From: Macrostomum hystrix | Lineage: Eukaryota > Animalia > Platyhelminthes | Length of the DNA: 64,000 bases | Assembly: GCA_950097015.1 (NCBI GenBank) | Contig: CATNEN010000029.1 | Span: 558,001 to 622,000 of the forward strand | Direction: 5' to 3' | Shown here: piece after piece, positions 37,830 through 51,499 of the stretch | Position numbering within the stretch: the stretch's first letter is position 1 | Layout: each line of letters starts with the position of its first letter | The notes under the pieces: model-generated | Seen by the model: only the letters and a program-made list of their open reading frames with translations | Told to the model about the DNA's origin: nothing | Database searches by the model: none | Made by a program: the position numbers and the translations under genes

Positions 37830-39090
37830 GTTAAACTGGAATTCTGAGAACTGGGATTCAGCGAAGAGGGATTCAGAGAATTGGGATTCAGAGAATTTGG
37901 ATGCAGAGAATTAGGATTCAGAAGTATAACTATAATTAGAGAAATGAGATTCGAAGAAACGGGATTCGGAGAAATGGGATTTGGAGAAATTGGATTCGGA
38001 GAAATGAGATTCGGAGAAATGGGGATTCAGCTAAGTGGAATTCGGAGAAACGGGATTCAGAGAGATGGGATTCGGAGAAACGGGATTCGAAGCAATCGGA
38101 TTCGAAGAAACGGGATTCGGAGAAATGGGATTTGGAGAAATTGGATTCGGAGAAATGAGATTCGGAGAAATGGGGATTCAGCTAAGTGGAATTCGGAGAA
38201 ACGGGATTCAGAGAGATGGGATTCGGAGAAACGGGATTCGAAGCAATGGGATACGGAGAAATGAAAGTCGGAGAAATAGAATCAGGAGAAATGGGATTCG
38301 GAGAAATGGGATTCGGAGAAATGGGATTCGGAGAAATGGGATTCGGAGCAATGGGATTCGGAGAAACGGGATTCGAAGCAATGGGATTCGGAGAAACGGG
38401 ATTCGGAGCAATGTGATTCGGAGAAATGAAAGTCGGAGAAATGGAATCAGGAGAAATGGGATTCAGAGAAATGGGATTCGGAGAAATGGGATTCGGAGAA
38501 ATGGGATTCGGAGAAATGGGCTTCGGAGAAATGGGATTCGGAGAAATGAGACTTGGCAAATGAGAATCGGAGAAATAGGAATCGGAGAAGTGGGATTCAG
38601 AGAAATTGGATTCGGAGAAACGGGATTCGGAGAAATGGGATTCGGAGAAATGGGATTCGGAGAAATGGGATTCGGAGAAATGGGATTCGGAGAAATGAGA
38701 TTTGGCAAATGAGAATCGGAGAAATAGGAATCGGAGAAGTGGGATTCAGAGAAATTGGATTCGGAGAAACGGGATTCGGAGAAATGGGCTTCGGAGAAAT
38801 GGGATTCGGAGAAATGAGATTTGGCAAATGAGAATCGGAGAAATAGGAATCGGAGAAGTGGGATTCAGAGAAATTGGATTCGGAGAAACGGGATTCGGAG
38901 AAATGGGATTCGGAGAAATGGGATTCGGAGAAATGGGATTCGGAGAAATGGGATTCGGAGAAATGGGATTCGGAGAAATGGGATTCGGAGAAATGAGATT
39001 TGGCAAATGAGAATCGGAGAAATAGGAATCGGAGAAGTGGGATTCAGAGAAATTGGATTCGGAGAAACGGGATTCGGAGAAATTGGATTT
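37830..39090. repeat. 15-bp minisatellite (GGGATTCGGAGAAAT)n with higher-order blocks
   Basis: 15-bp period. A variant block starting GAGA(T/C)TTGGCAAATGAGAATCGG recurs near 38548, 38697, 38816 and 38995. Confidence 0.93.
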
Positions 39091-40879
39091 TGAGCTGCAG
39101 GAATCCGAGGGATTCAGAAAATCTTGAAATTCACTGGCAAAATTTAGAATGAGAACTTGGAGTACCGGGTGGGTAATCTTCCAGTCTGGGGTCTCTCAGC
39201 CTCTCGACTCTTCTCTGTAGAATTTTTTTTATCGCTGAATCAGTTTCCGTTAGAAATAAATCATTTCAAACCAAGTTTGAGGCATGCAGCTCTGAATATC
39301 GAAACTCGATTCTAGATTCAGAGGTCCATGTTTATGGCAGAACGTTTCACGACTTCCTTTCTGCCCCAGTGACAGTTTTTATTTAAATAATTAAAGTTAA
39401 AAGCAGCAGATTTGCGAGAAAAAATCTGCTAAAACAGCTAGAGCGTCTGTTATAATTATCAACAATGGGAAACCTTCGCTATTGTCCCCAGGCCGTTTGA
39501 GTTGAACAAAAATAATAGCAGTTATCGATATTGTATTGCAGATAAATACTAGCATACTGAATGCAGCTCTGATGCTATTATTAACCGGGAATTCGGGTCG
39601 AGGGAGAAAATAATCCTCTCGCAAAGTCCGCATCCCCTGCGGGAGGCGGAGGATCTTCCCAAGTCTTCCCCTCTGTCTTTGCCCTCAGCCAAGGCACTCT
39701 CGCTTCAACACCACAAGCAACTAATCGAGTCCCTTAACTGGGCTGCGAAAATAAAATAGTGAGTGGAGGCAATAGGGAATGGATAGGAGGGTCTGGGAGT
39801 GGGAGGTATCAGGCATCCCTCCCCAGCCTTGGCTTAGCAGTACATCAAAGGCATGAAGTACGCTTATAAAGAGGAGAGAGAGAGAATAAAGGCAACGTTG
39901 AGGGGGGGTCAGACGGATCGAAAGAGCGGCGGGAGCCTCCCAAGTGCGGTCTCCCGACCCTTCTGATCCCTCTCTGCCCCAGTGCTCACGCACGCCAAGG
40001 CAGCTCAAATCCGTGCATCCGCCACCAGCCTCCTCGATCATACTCCCTAATTTCTTCGGCTACCCAAAACCGGCCTCCTTCTTCCCCCCCGTCTCTGCCT
40101 CCCCTCCCGGCTGCCAAGGCCCGTGACGGGATGAGTCAGGCCTGAGTCTGCCCGGCTCCTAATCTCCTTCCCGTTGCGGTCGCTCACGCCGACTTCTCTT
40201 CACGGAGGCTCCCTCTCCGCCCCCTCCCTCCACTCAGTCTCCTTCACGCCCCCAACCTCCCACCCCAACGGCCAGCACTTCCCCCTCTCAGCCCCGTGCC
40301 GCGTCTTCTTAAAGGGGCCACACAAGCAGCTCCTACGGGGGATGGGGAATGGATTTTCTGTTTTGTAACTCCTATTCTCCCAGCTGCGAGTTGGGATAAA
40401 TAAACAGGCCGCGCCCAGCAGCGCCACAGGGGTAAGTAGAATCCGTGTTTTGTGAGTTTCTCCGCCACTTAAATGAGCTCATTGTCATGTTGAGCATAGT
40501 TGAGCAAAGCCGAGTTTTTGCCCCGCACCGGTCCTCGTTCCTCTGGGTTGAGATGCGCCACAGAAACAGTCGGCCACCACCTCTGGCTGATCGATCACAA
40601 CCTAAATGAATGAGGGGCGGTGCTAACAGTGGGCCAAGCAGCGAAGATGTTGAGATGTCAAACAGTTCAATCTAAATAAATAAACACTCGGTCTGTTTCT
40701 TTTGTTGCTTTCTATCTTCTTTATTGATTTACTTGACTTCTTGTTAACTGCGTAGACAAGACAGTAAGTAGTATTAGGTTGTAATTTTTTATTCCGTTTT
40801 CTAAAATTGCAGCAAGATATGTAACTAGAATCACAGCAAGATTGCTCCAGAATTCGCCCCAATTCTACTTTACTCAGCT

Positions 40880-41232
40880 GTACTCTACTCTACTCTACTC
40901 TACTCTACTCTATTCTACTCTACTCTACTCTACTCTACTCTATTCTACTCTACTCTACTCTATTCTACTCTACTCTATTCTACTCTACTCTACTTTACTC
41001 TACTCCACTCTATTCTACTCTACTCTATTCTACTCTACTCTACTCTACTCAACTCTACTCTACTCAACTCTACTCTATTCTACTCTACTCTACTCAACTC
41101 TACTCTATTCTACTCTACTCTACTCAACTCTACTCTATTCTACTCTACTCTACTCAACTCTACTCTACTCAACGCTACTCTACTCTACTCGACTCTTACT
41201 CTACTCTGCAGCACTCTACTCTACTCGACTCT
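40880..41232. repeat. (CTCTA)n pentanucleotide microsatellite
   Basis: Direct periodicity. Confidence 0.95.
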
Positions 41233-42361
41233 ACCAAAAGAAGAGAACTCAACACAAAAGTCGATCTCATGTCATGCAGGCCCGGCACGCGGGGAGAAGT
41301 GATAATATTTCGAATGCGACTCGTGTATCAATTATTTGTCCGTTTAGCACTTAAGCTGTATTTTAACACCAAACAAATTGGGCAAGCATCGAGGGAGACA
41401 TAGCGTGTTAGCAATACAATGGAGTGAAGTGGCAGAGAAATGGAGATCAGCGAAAAAATTATTTGAGATCACTATAAAACTCTACTCTACTCAAAATAAC
41501 AGGCATTGTTTAAATTTGTTATTGTTCTCAGTTAGTCAGTAAAACAAATATAGAGATAAGCTATTTATAAAAAAACTGAAGGTTGGAAATGGTTGCCGAC
41601 TATGTAAAACTAACGATATATTTTTCAGTATGAATAGCAAGTTCGCTAGTTTTCTTAATTTGCTGTCTAGATTAGCTTGGAATTTACGCGTACGTAAGAA
41701 CAAGTAGCCAAAAATTATAATATGCAACGCAGCATATGTTGATTAGTGTTAAATTATTAGTATAATAAACAACAATACATATAAGCTGGGATGCATGCCA
41801 TTGTACAGTCTCATTGTAGAGAAAAAATATAAGCTATTGAAAAACGATCTGCTGTTTGGACATTTTTTTAATCTTAACAAAGGCGCGATCCAGTTTCTGC
41901 CATAGAAATCATTATTTCTCTAGCTGAAACAATGCTCCAGCACAATGAAGATGTTCATGGGTGCAGTTTAACGCTGACAGATGCAATTGTGCCGAGTGTA
42001 AGTAAAAGAAGATTATAAATAAGGCAGGCTTAGCAAAGCTTCGAGACACAATCATAGATACTGAATGTATTGTACTACAAATATAGCATCTGTATCTAGA
42101 TAGCTATCTGGGGTGCTATAAGGTAAGACTCTCTGACACAAAGCAACTGAAGCGGCAGCGCTGGCAAGTCACGAGTTCGAATCCGCAACTAAACTCCGCG
42201 AAGCACCCAAAAGCTGTGTACAGTCCAAAAGTATTGTCCCGGCTAATGATTTTTAGTAAGATTTCGAACTCCCAACCTCCAGTTAAAAATTTTGAAACTA
42301 AAACCGCTAGGCTACAGATTAACCGGCCTATGCCTAAATGTCCAATAGTCTATGGCCAGTC

Positions 42362-45300
42362 TCAGATCTCGTCGATGGTCTGTCCGGCAGACGGGTTCCG
42401 GCTCCTGGTTCGGCTGCTCTTCTGTCTGATGATCTGCAGCATGATCAGCTTGCGATTGCCGGCACGCTCGCCAAGGCCAACAAGGCAGCGCTTGTCGCGG
42501 CTGAGGATGACCTTGAAGATGTCGATGTTGGAGGTGAACCAGCACAGCTGGGAGCCGTCGCCCAGCTTCCAAACCCGGATGGAGCCGTCCAGACTACCGG
42601 AGGCCAGAATCTCAGAGTCGGCGCTGATGCTGACAGATTGTACCTGTAAATTAGGTAGGTAGATGGATTTTAAAGATTAGAAATTTACCGCCATCAAAAT
42701 TGATTCAATTTGGCTGACCATTGCAGCTGCGGCTCGTGTTTTGTATGTGAGAGCTGGGAATTGAAGTTTATTGTGATTTTTATCACTAAATTTATCTGCC
42801 GAAATAGTTCACTAAAATTTCTGCTTTGATGGATTTATGCTAGGAATTCTATAGATAGCATCTTAGAGTGCATCTAAGGATGCTATATTTAGAGCTCCTT
42901 GATTTGTCTTGATTTAAATGCTCAAACTGCGAGTTTGAAAATACCTTTAGAATGTAATAAAAGGAGCTTATAAAGGAGAATATAATAAATTTAATACTAT
43001 TTTATATTGAGATTAGACACTAAGATAGAATATTAAGGTTACAGATAATGAGATAAGACATTTTAGAAATTACGTTAGAGACACTGAGATGAGAGACACT
43101 GAGATGAGAGACACTGAGATGAGAGACACTGAGATGAGAGACACTGAGATGAGAGACACTGAGATGAGAGACACTGAGATGAGAGACACTGAGATGAGAG
43201 ACACTGAGATGAGAGACACTGAGATGAGAGACACTGAGATGAGAGACACTGAGATGAGAGACACTGAGATGAGAGACACTGAGATGAGAGACACTGAGAT
43301 GAGAGACACTGAGATGAGAGACACTGAGATGAGAGACACTGAGATGAGAGACACTGAGATGAGAGACACTGAGATGAGAGACACTGAGATGAGAGACACT
43401 GAGATGAGAGACACTGAGATGAGAGACACTGAGATGAAAGACACTGAGATGAGAGACACTGAGATGAAAGACACTGAGATGAGAGACACTGAGATGAGAG
43501 ACACTGAGATGAGAGACACTGAGATGAGAGACACTGAGATGAGAGACACTGAGATGAGAGACACTGAGATGAGAGACACTGAGATGAGAGACACTGAGAT
43601 GAGAGACACTGAGATTAGGATTGGATTAGAGACTCACATCCTCAGTGTGGCCCTCCAGAGTGTACATGAGGCTCTCGCTGGTCATGTCCCAGACTTTCAC
43701 AAGCGCGTCGGAGCCGCCGCTGGCAAACAATGTGCCGTCAATGGACCAGCAGGCGGCTTTGATTGGCGATCGGTGCGGCAGGTGGCCGTTCGGCAGCACG
43801 ATCGGACGCTCCACCAGGCCGGTGCCCAGGGCCCACACCAGCAGCTCGCCCTTGGCTGTGCCCGTGACAGCCTCGCCGGCGCCCAGCTCCGTGCAGCCGA
43901 CCACCGCGTCGAAGTCAACCTGCAGCGGCAGGGTGCCAGCCGGCAGACTCAGGTCGTACACCAAGTAGGTGGCTGTGCCAGTTGCCGTGTTGGGAAAGCC
44001 GGCCACAACGAATTGGTCCTCGCGGCTCACTCTCAGGTAGGTGACCACCTCGGAGAGGCCATGCACTGCTGGCAGAGGGAGTGTCCTTGTCGAGCAGTTG
44101 CAAGCAATGTCCCACACTAGCAGGTCGCAGGCCTTCTCATCGCCGTCCACCGATGCAACAACAGCCTGAACGCGGGTTTTTGGTGTGGAGCCTCGAATCA
44201 ATCGTGCTTGGAACTTCCGACAGTCTCAAAACTAGACTGAAAAACTGACACACAAAAAACTCTAACAGACTCAAACCCCAACAGACACAACCCCCGAACC
44301 GACTCACAACCCCCCAACAGACTCACAACCACCCAACAGACTCACAACCCGCCAACAGACTCACAAGCCCCCAACAGACTCACAACCCCCCAACAGACTT
44401 ACAACCCCCCAACAGACTCACAAGCCCCCAACAGACTCACAACCCCCCAACAGACTCACAACCCCCCAACAGACTCACAACCCCCCAACAGACTCACAAC
44501 CCCCCAACAGACTCACAACCCCCCAACAGACTCACAACCCCCCAACAGACTCACAACCCCCAACAGACTCACAACCCCCCAACAGACTCACAACCCCCAA
44601 CCGCACAGAGTGTGCCTGTAGCTGGCGCAGAACTCACGTGAGTTCCGCTGCGGTTCACGGCCACAGTGGAGCAGAAAACATCGGCCTGATTCGCGACCTC
44701 TCGCCCGTGAGCAAAGTCCCACATCTGCAGCCGGTGCCGCCCGCTGGCCTCGTCAAGCACCAGCCCCAGCAGCACCGAATCCTCGCTGGCCAGGTGAATC
44801 TCAGTGCAGCCGACGTCATGGCCGTCCATGACTTTGATAAGGTCGCCGGTTTCGCAGTCCCACACCTGGGCGGGTCCGGCCGCGTTGCCAGTGACAACGT
44901 ATTTGCTGTTCTGTGTTATCAGGGCGCAGTCCACCTGTTCAAAGCGAATTTCACCGGTTCAAAGTTTTAGCATCAGTTAGGAGAATATCTGACGGAGGCC
45001 TGTGGGTACCGGTACATCATTTGTCGACCAGCAGTGGACGCCCAGTGTTCCAGTCCACGAAATACTCCCCTGGAGTGTTCCAGTTGAGTCGGGAATCGAA
45101 CCCCCGACCTTAAAGTCGTGACTCCGACGCTCTAACCACAGCCTCCCTGTCAACAATTGGGGTCCATTCGGGACAAAGACTCCTGAACACACACTCACAC
45201 AGGTGCGTATGTATCTGGCATGAGTTTTTTATTTTCAGGTGCAGTGTGCACTCACCTTGATATTCTCGCTAAGGAATACATTCTCCTGGGCACGAGCCCC

Positions 45301-45765
45301 AAGCTCTTCGTTGGCGCCAACCGCCTCCATGTGATAGTTGGAGGCAATGTCCAGCACCCGGTTGTGTCCAACGGTGAGTGTCTGCCTCGGCCGGTAGGCT
45401 GTGCCTGTGACCATGTCAGACATGGCGTCCATGCCGTCGTGCCGCTGATGCTGGGCCCCGCCGAGAGTTCGAGTTGTTCGCTCGAACCGGCTGCCGCCCC
45501 AGGTGGCGGAAACTCCCGCGCCGCCGGCTGCCATCGCTGGCGGTGGCACGGAGCGGATGGACAATGAGTCCTGCTGCTGCTGCTGCTGCTGCTGCTGGTA
45601 CAGGTACTGCTGGCCGGACTGCAGGTTCACGAATGGTCGGGCGTCGACAGCTGAACGGTCCACCAGGTCGATGTCTCTCTGTTGAAGCAGTGAGGCTGAT
45701 ACTAGATTGATGCGAGCGAGCAGGTGCCGGTACAGATTGCTGGACTGCTCAGCCCTCTCCTGCAT
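42362..45765 (-). CDS. WD40-repeat protein (C-terminus reminiscent of NWD-type propellers), at least 4 exons, about 538 aa from the visible ATG
   Basis: Exons 45765-45256, 44934-44638, 44165-43638 and 42643-42362, all phase 0 with GTGAGT donors. WD repeats VVTGNAAGPAQVWD, FASGGSDALVKVWD..SLMYTLEGH and LASGSLDGSIRVWK. PolyQ in the first visible exon; an AG just upstream of the ATG allows further 5' exons. Confidence 0.85.
43077..43615. repeat. 15-bp minisatellite (GAGAGACACTGAGAT)n in WD40 intron
   Basis: Near-perfect 15-bp periodicity. Confidence 0.97.
44255..44600. repeat. 19-20-bp minisatellite (CCCCCCAACAGACTCACAAC)n in WD40 intron
   Basis: Direct periodicity, running up to the donor region of exon 44934-44638. 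Confidence 0.92.
44975..45147 (-). mobile_element. tRNA-derived SINE (head plus body) in WD40 intron
   Basis: Minus strand GGGAGGCTGTGGTTAGAGCGTCGGAGTCACGACTTTAAGGTCGGGGGTTCGATTCCCGACTC contains A and B boxes. Confidence 0.7.
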
Positions 45766-46729
45766 TTCTATCGCTTAAATTTCTCAGGCCTCTCTAAGAT
45801 AATTGTTTTTTTCAACGGAAGAAAGCGAAAAGTTTCAGCAATCAAGTCTCCTTGATCTATTCGCCAGTCTCGCGAATGATTGAGTTCGCAGCTGGCCAAT
45901 CGACGAGATTAGCTGGTCGAAATGAAGGATTTGCTGTAACCTTTTATCTATCCGCTGGAAGTGAACTAATATAAGTGAGTGAATGAGGAATAGAGAAACG
46001 GAGAGACACAGAGCAGTGTGGGCCACCGAGTCCAACTGGAAATCTGAGAATAATTTTATTCTCTTAGCTTTTCGAACTGGGCAAAGTTTTATACTAGGGC
46101 CTAGCTGGTGTGTGTGCCAGCACCAACTCACTAAGCATTCTAAACTGGGTCCACACCCTTCCCAAACAACACTATCCATGTGTTTCAGAGCACCGCAGCG
46201 TGCCTTGCACACATGCGCACAAATATAGACCCCATTGTTGCTCTTGTTCATGTATACTGCCCACTATACGAGCTAGATAGGATCCACTATGATATGTCTG
46301 ACCCTATGCTCCCATTGCTCCAGTCGTCTCTGAACTCCCAGTGTTTTTCAGTGGCTGCAAGTAAAACATATGATTGATTGCTGATATTCGTTGAAAAACA
46401 ATTTCCTATTTCTTTTTCTCTCCTGCTTGCTGCATTGAAGTACAGAAGTACATACGACCGTAGACAACATCATGTACTTTTTAGAAAATGTAAAGCTACC
46501 CATGCATGGAGTACTTTCACTTTTTCAACTTTATTGACCATGGATTAATTCGAATTTCATTTAAAAAACTGTCTATTAATTAACTGCGCGTTATCATATA
46601 ATGCTATGATGGCTTGCTTGTAAATCATATATAAAACTTGAAATAAATCTTCAATACATGTCATTTACAGCAGTTGCTCTAGTATGGCACTTTCTTGAAC
46701 TGCCATCTGAATTTCACAATGACCTACTT

Positions 46730-48610
46730 CCTGATCAACTAATGAATACTTCCTGACCCCAACTAATGACTAATCTCTGACAAATTAATGACTACTCCCT
46801 GACCAACTAATGAGTACTCTCTGACTAACTAATGACTACCTTCTGACCAACAAATCACTTCTCTCTGACTAACTAATGTCTACTCTCTGACTAACTAATG
46901 ACTACTCTCTGACTAACTAATGACTACTCTCTGACTAACTAATGACTACCTTCTGACCAACAAATCACTTCTCTCTGACTAACTAATGACTACCTTCTGA
47001 CCAACAAATCACTTCTCTCTGACTAACTAATGACTACCTTCTGACCAACAAATCACTTCTCTCTGACTAACTAATGTCTACTCTCTGACTAACTAATGAC
47101 TACTCTCTGACTAACAAATGACTACTCTCTGACTAACTAATGTCTACTCTCTGACTAACTAATGACTACTCTCTGACTAACTAATGACTACTCTCTGACT
47201 AACTAATGTCTAATCTCTGACTAACTAATGATTACTCTCTGACTAACTAATGTCTAATCTCTGACGAACTAATGACTACTCTCTGACTAACTAATGACTA
47301 CTCTCTGACTAACTAATGTCTACTCTCTGACTAACTAATGACTACTCTCTGACTAACTAATGTCTACTCTCTGACTAACTAATGTCTAATCTCTGACTAA
47401 CTAATCACTACTCTCTGACTAACTAATGTCTACTTTCTGACTAACTAATCACTGCTCTCTGACTAACTAATGACTACTCTCTGACTAACTAATGTCTACT
47501 CTCTGACTAACTAATGACTACTCTCTGACTAACTAATGTCTACTTTCTGACTAACTAATCACTACTCTCTGACTAACTAATCACTACTCTCTGACTAACT
47601 AATCACTACTCTCTGACTAACTAATGTCTACTCTCTGACTAACTAATGACTACTCTCTGACTAACTAATGTCTACTTTCTGACTAACTAATCACTACTCT
47701 CTGACTAACTAATCACTGCTCTCTGACTAACTAATGACTACTCTCTGACTAACTAATCACTACTCTCTGACTAACTAATGACTACTCTCTGACTAACTAA
47801 ACACTGCTCTCTGACTAACTAATCACTACTCTCTGACTAACTAATCACTACTCTCTGACTAACTAATCACTACTCTCTGACTAACTAATGTCTACTCTCT
47901 GACTAACTAATGTCTACTCTCTGACTAACTAATCACTTCTCTCTGACTAACTAATGTCTACTCTCTGACTAACTAATGTCTACTCTCTGACTAACTAATC
48001 ACTATTCTCTGACTAACTAATCACTACTCTCTGACTAACTAATTACTACTCTCTGACTAACTAATCACTACTCTCTGACTAACAAATGACTACTCTCTGA
48101 CTAACTAATGTCTACTCTCTGACTAACTAATGACTACTCTCTGACTAACTAATCACTACTCTCTGACTAACTAATGACTACTCTCTGACTAACTAATCAC
48201 TGCTCTCTGACTAACTAATGACTACTCTCTGACTAACAAATGACTACTCTCTGACTAACTAATGACTACTCTCTGACTAACAAATGACTACTCTCTGACT
48301 AACAAATGACTACTCTCTGACTAACTAATGACTACTCTCTGACTAACTAATGACTACTCTCTGACTAACAAATGACTACTCTCTGACTAACTAATGACTA
48401 CTCTCTGACTAACTAATGACTACTCTCTGACTAATTAATGACTACTCTCTGACTAACTAATGACTACTCTCTGACTAACAAATGACTACTCTCTGACTAA
48501 CTAATGACTACTCTCTGACTAACAAATGACTACTCTCTGACTAACAAATGACTACTCTCTGACTAACAAATGACTACTCTCTGACTAATTAATGACTACT
48601 TCCTGACCCA
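46730..48610. repeat. 22-bp satellite (GACTACTCTCTGACTAACTAAT)n, about 85 copies
   Basis: Direct periodicity with variant units; degenerate edges. Confidence 0.96.
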
Positions 48611-49274
48611 ACTAAGGAGCACTCTCTGAAATTTTGGGAAAGGCAACAAGATTGACTAGAAAACAACAAAATCCAGTATCGAAAATAAGAGGAAACAGAT
48701 AGAATTGCGTAATTACACAGTTGCACAGATTGATCTACTAATAGATGCCACAACAATCAGTATGAAAGTGCCTATGTTTATCGTCAAGCCACCTTCAATT
48801 TTAGAATCGCAAGCAAAGTTAATATGAATCCCAGGTCCATATAAACTCCATTTAAAGACACAAATTTGACGCCCTTTGAATAATATGTTTCTGCGCTTGC
48901 GCGGCACAACAGATAGGTCTCATAAAGTACTCACTAGCACCCTCACGGTGCCAAATTGACTCCGGGTATTGGCAGACACCTGAGCTATTGTCGTGTGCTG
49001 AGAGCACGACGACGATAGGCCAGCAGCATTTGCTGGAGCTCTGACTAGTGATACAGCGTACAAATGCTGCTGCTGCTGCTGCTGCTGCTTTAGATTTTTA
49101 TAGTGAAGGTGTTGCTTTGCTTTAGATATTTTGTTTTCATAGAAAAATTTGTGTCGCTTTCTCGTAATATATATCATGTTACATTTTTTGAAGAAATTTA
49201 TTTGTACAGTATATGACAACACTGAAGAGTTACTGTCTGTAGAATCCCTGTTTGTAGAGTTATTTCAGGAAAAT

Positions 49275-49535
49275 GTCTGTCAGGAGAGTGACTGTCAGGA
49301 GAGTGACTGTCAGGAGAGTGGACTGTCAGGAGAGTGACTGTCAGGAGAGTGACTGTCATGAGAGGGACTGTCAGGAGAGGGACAGTCAGGAGAGGGACTG
49401 TCAGGAGAGTGACTGTCAGGAGAGTGACTGTCAGGAGAGGGACTGTCAGAAGAGTGACAGTCGGGAGAGTGACTGTCAGAAGAGGGACTGTCAGGAGAGT
49501 TACTGTCAGGAGAGGGACTGTCAGGAGAGTGACTG
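49275..49535. repeat. 15-bp minisatellite (GACTGTCAGGAGAGT)n
   Basis: Direct periodicity. Confidence 0.93.
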
Positions 49536-50442
49536 ATAATTATTGACTGAATTAAAATTATTTCTATTAACGAGAGACAAACTTAAGGTGCAGTTTACGA
49601 AATCGCTTATTGTTGACTACAGAAATACAGCTTAGTAACTTCTCCCTTCTCCATCTCACCTGATTGACAGCCGCACCATTCAGAGAGCCCGTGGCGCCGT
49701 TGGCGTGTCGCCGACTTCGGCCACTGCTGAACGCCGTTCCGAACTGGTTCCTGACCGCGGTCAGCTGTTATGGGCGGTAGAAAAGAGTGAAGGCTTGCGC
49801 GTTGTCTTTGAGGGGTTGAAAATTGCTAGTCTATATCACTAAAACCAGCAAAATGAAAGCAGAGTTACGTTATGAAAATTACTGAAATAACAGACTGGTG
49901 AATCTTAGATTTGGATTTTAAAAAGGCCAATACACTCTCTTAGTTTTTATGTTAAACACACAAAAGTTTATAAACAAGGTGGCTTTAAGAGAGGCTGAAG
50001 CCAATTGATTTAGAGCATTATACTCCTAACAGGGAGAGGTCTGGAGTTCGAATATCAGGCTTATAACTTCATTTCGTATTAGATATTACGCAATAAAAAC
50101 TTTTAGTTTTTAGTTCGTCATCCTTACTTGTAACATTATTTGAAAAAAACACGTTAGCTACTACACATCATCCGGGCTTTACCTCGGCCCCATGTGATTG
50201 ATAAGCGTACGATGTAGCCTAGAAAAATGGCAGACAACAAATTTCGGCGATTAAGTTCGCTTGTACTTATCGAAGATGGAATTCAACAATAAATCTGCTT
50301 TGCAATGCGCCTACCCTGGCGTCAGACACTTGAAGAAGCGGCATTGTTCCTGCCTCCACGCTGACCTGACAGTGTGATGTGCGACATCAATTAGTAAGTA
50401 GGACCACCGTGAGGCACCATTGAGGTCTATGTAATTTGTCCC

Positions 50443-50665
50443 TCACTCTAAATTGTGTCCACTTTGAACTGACTCACTCTAAATTGTGTCCACTTTGAAC
50501 TGACTCACTCTAAATTGTGTCCACTTAGAACTGACTCACTCTAAATTGTGTCCACTTTGAACTGACTCGCTCTAAATTGTGTCCACTTAGAACTGACTCA
50601 CTCTAAATTGTGTCCACTTTGAACTGACTCACTCTAAATTGTGTCCACTTAGAACTGACTCACTC
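50443..50665. repeat. 31-bp minisatellite (CACTCTAAATTGTGTCCACTTTGAACTGACT), about 7 copies
   Basis: Direct periodicity. Confidence 0.93.
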
Positions 50666-51499
50666 ACGCATGATGTTTAACATGGAGTGAGATAACGTAT
50701 TAACGAAATCTCATTGGTTTTGTTAGGTGTTCTTTGATTAGCTCACAAAGAAACAGTCACGATGTTAACAAAATTTTTGGATTTGTACTAGTATTTCTCG
50801 AACAAATTTTGTTTAAAAATAATTTAATAATTTTAGCAATTTTTAGTATTTACACCTACTATACTATTCCACACAATAGATTCCAACCAGGAGTAAAATA
50901 AAGATTAAACATTAGCGCCGGCAAACTACAGTTCCCTATCGTTATGTAAATCATTAAGCATCCTTGGCACTTAGCCGTAGGTAAGTTTTTTATGACAGTT
51001 AATTAGAGATTCAGGTATGAGCTTTCTTATTCTGTTATAAGCGAATGACTGTTGATATTTCACCAACCTTAGCAGACACCTCAGCCGCATTCGTTGCCGT
51101 ATTGATGGCTGGCGTTGGAGGTTGCTAAATTAATTTTTGTAACGTCTATTAGCCGTTTATTACTAATAGTAGTCAACTGAGTATTTCAGTATTTTTAGAT
51201 TTAAAACTTTCCAACTTACCGAGCTCAGCGTTGCCTTCATCAAGCTAAGATTCATGTCTTTAGAAAAGACGTCAGCCTAAGAAAAATCATGAAATAATTT
51301 ATTTGCAAGCGTTTATTAGCTGAATTTTCCTTGTAGAAAAGAGCCAGAGAATACGAAGGGACGACAATAGATCGATCGTAGGCTTCTAGGGATACGATTG
51401 GAAGATTAGGATTCAAAATCGAATCACAATTAAGGTTGCATAAACTTCAACTTCTTACTTCCATCAAACAATCCATTGATACTTACACTCAACATGACC

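Noticed and set aside
37881-39093. GFGEM pentapeptide-repeat protein
   Set aside because: A 15-bp DNA repeat with stops and frame switches; no unique coding flanks.
40842-41354. LLYST repeat ORF
   Set aside because: Translation of a (CTCTA)n microsatellite.
43089-44120. 343-aa MRDTE plus-strand ORF
   Set aside because: Intronic 15-bp repeat running into the antisense of a WD40 exon.
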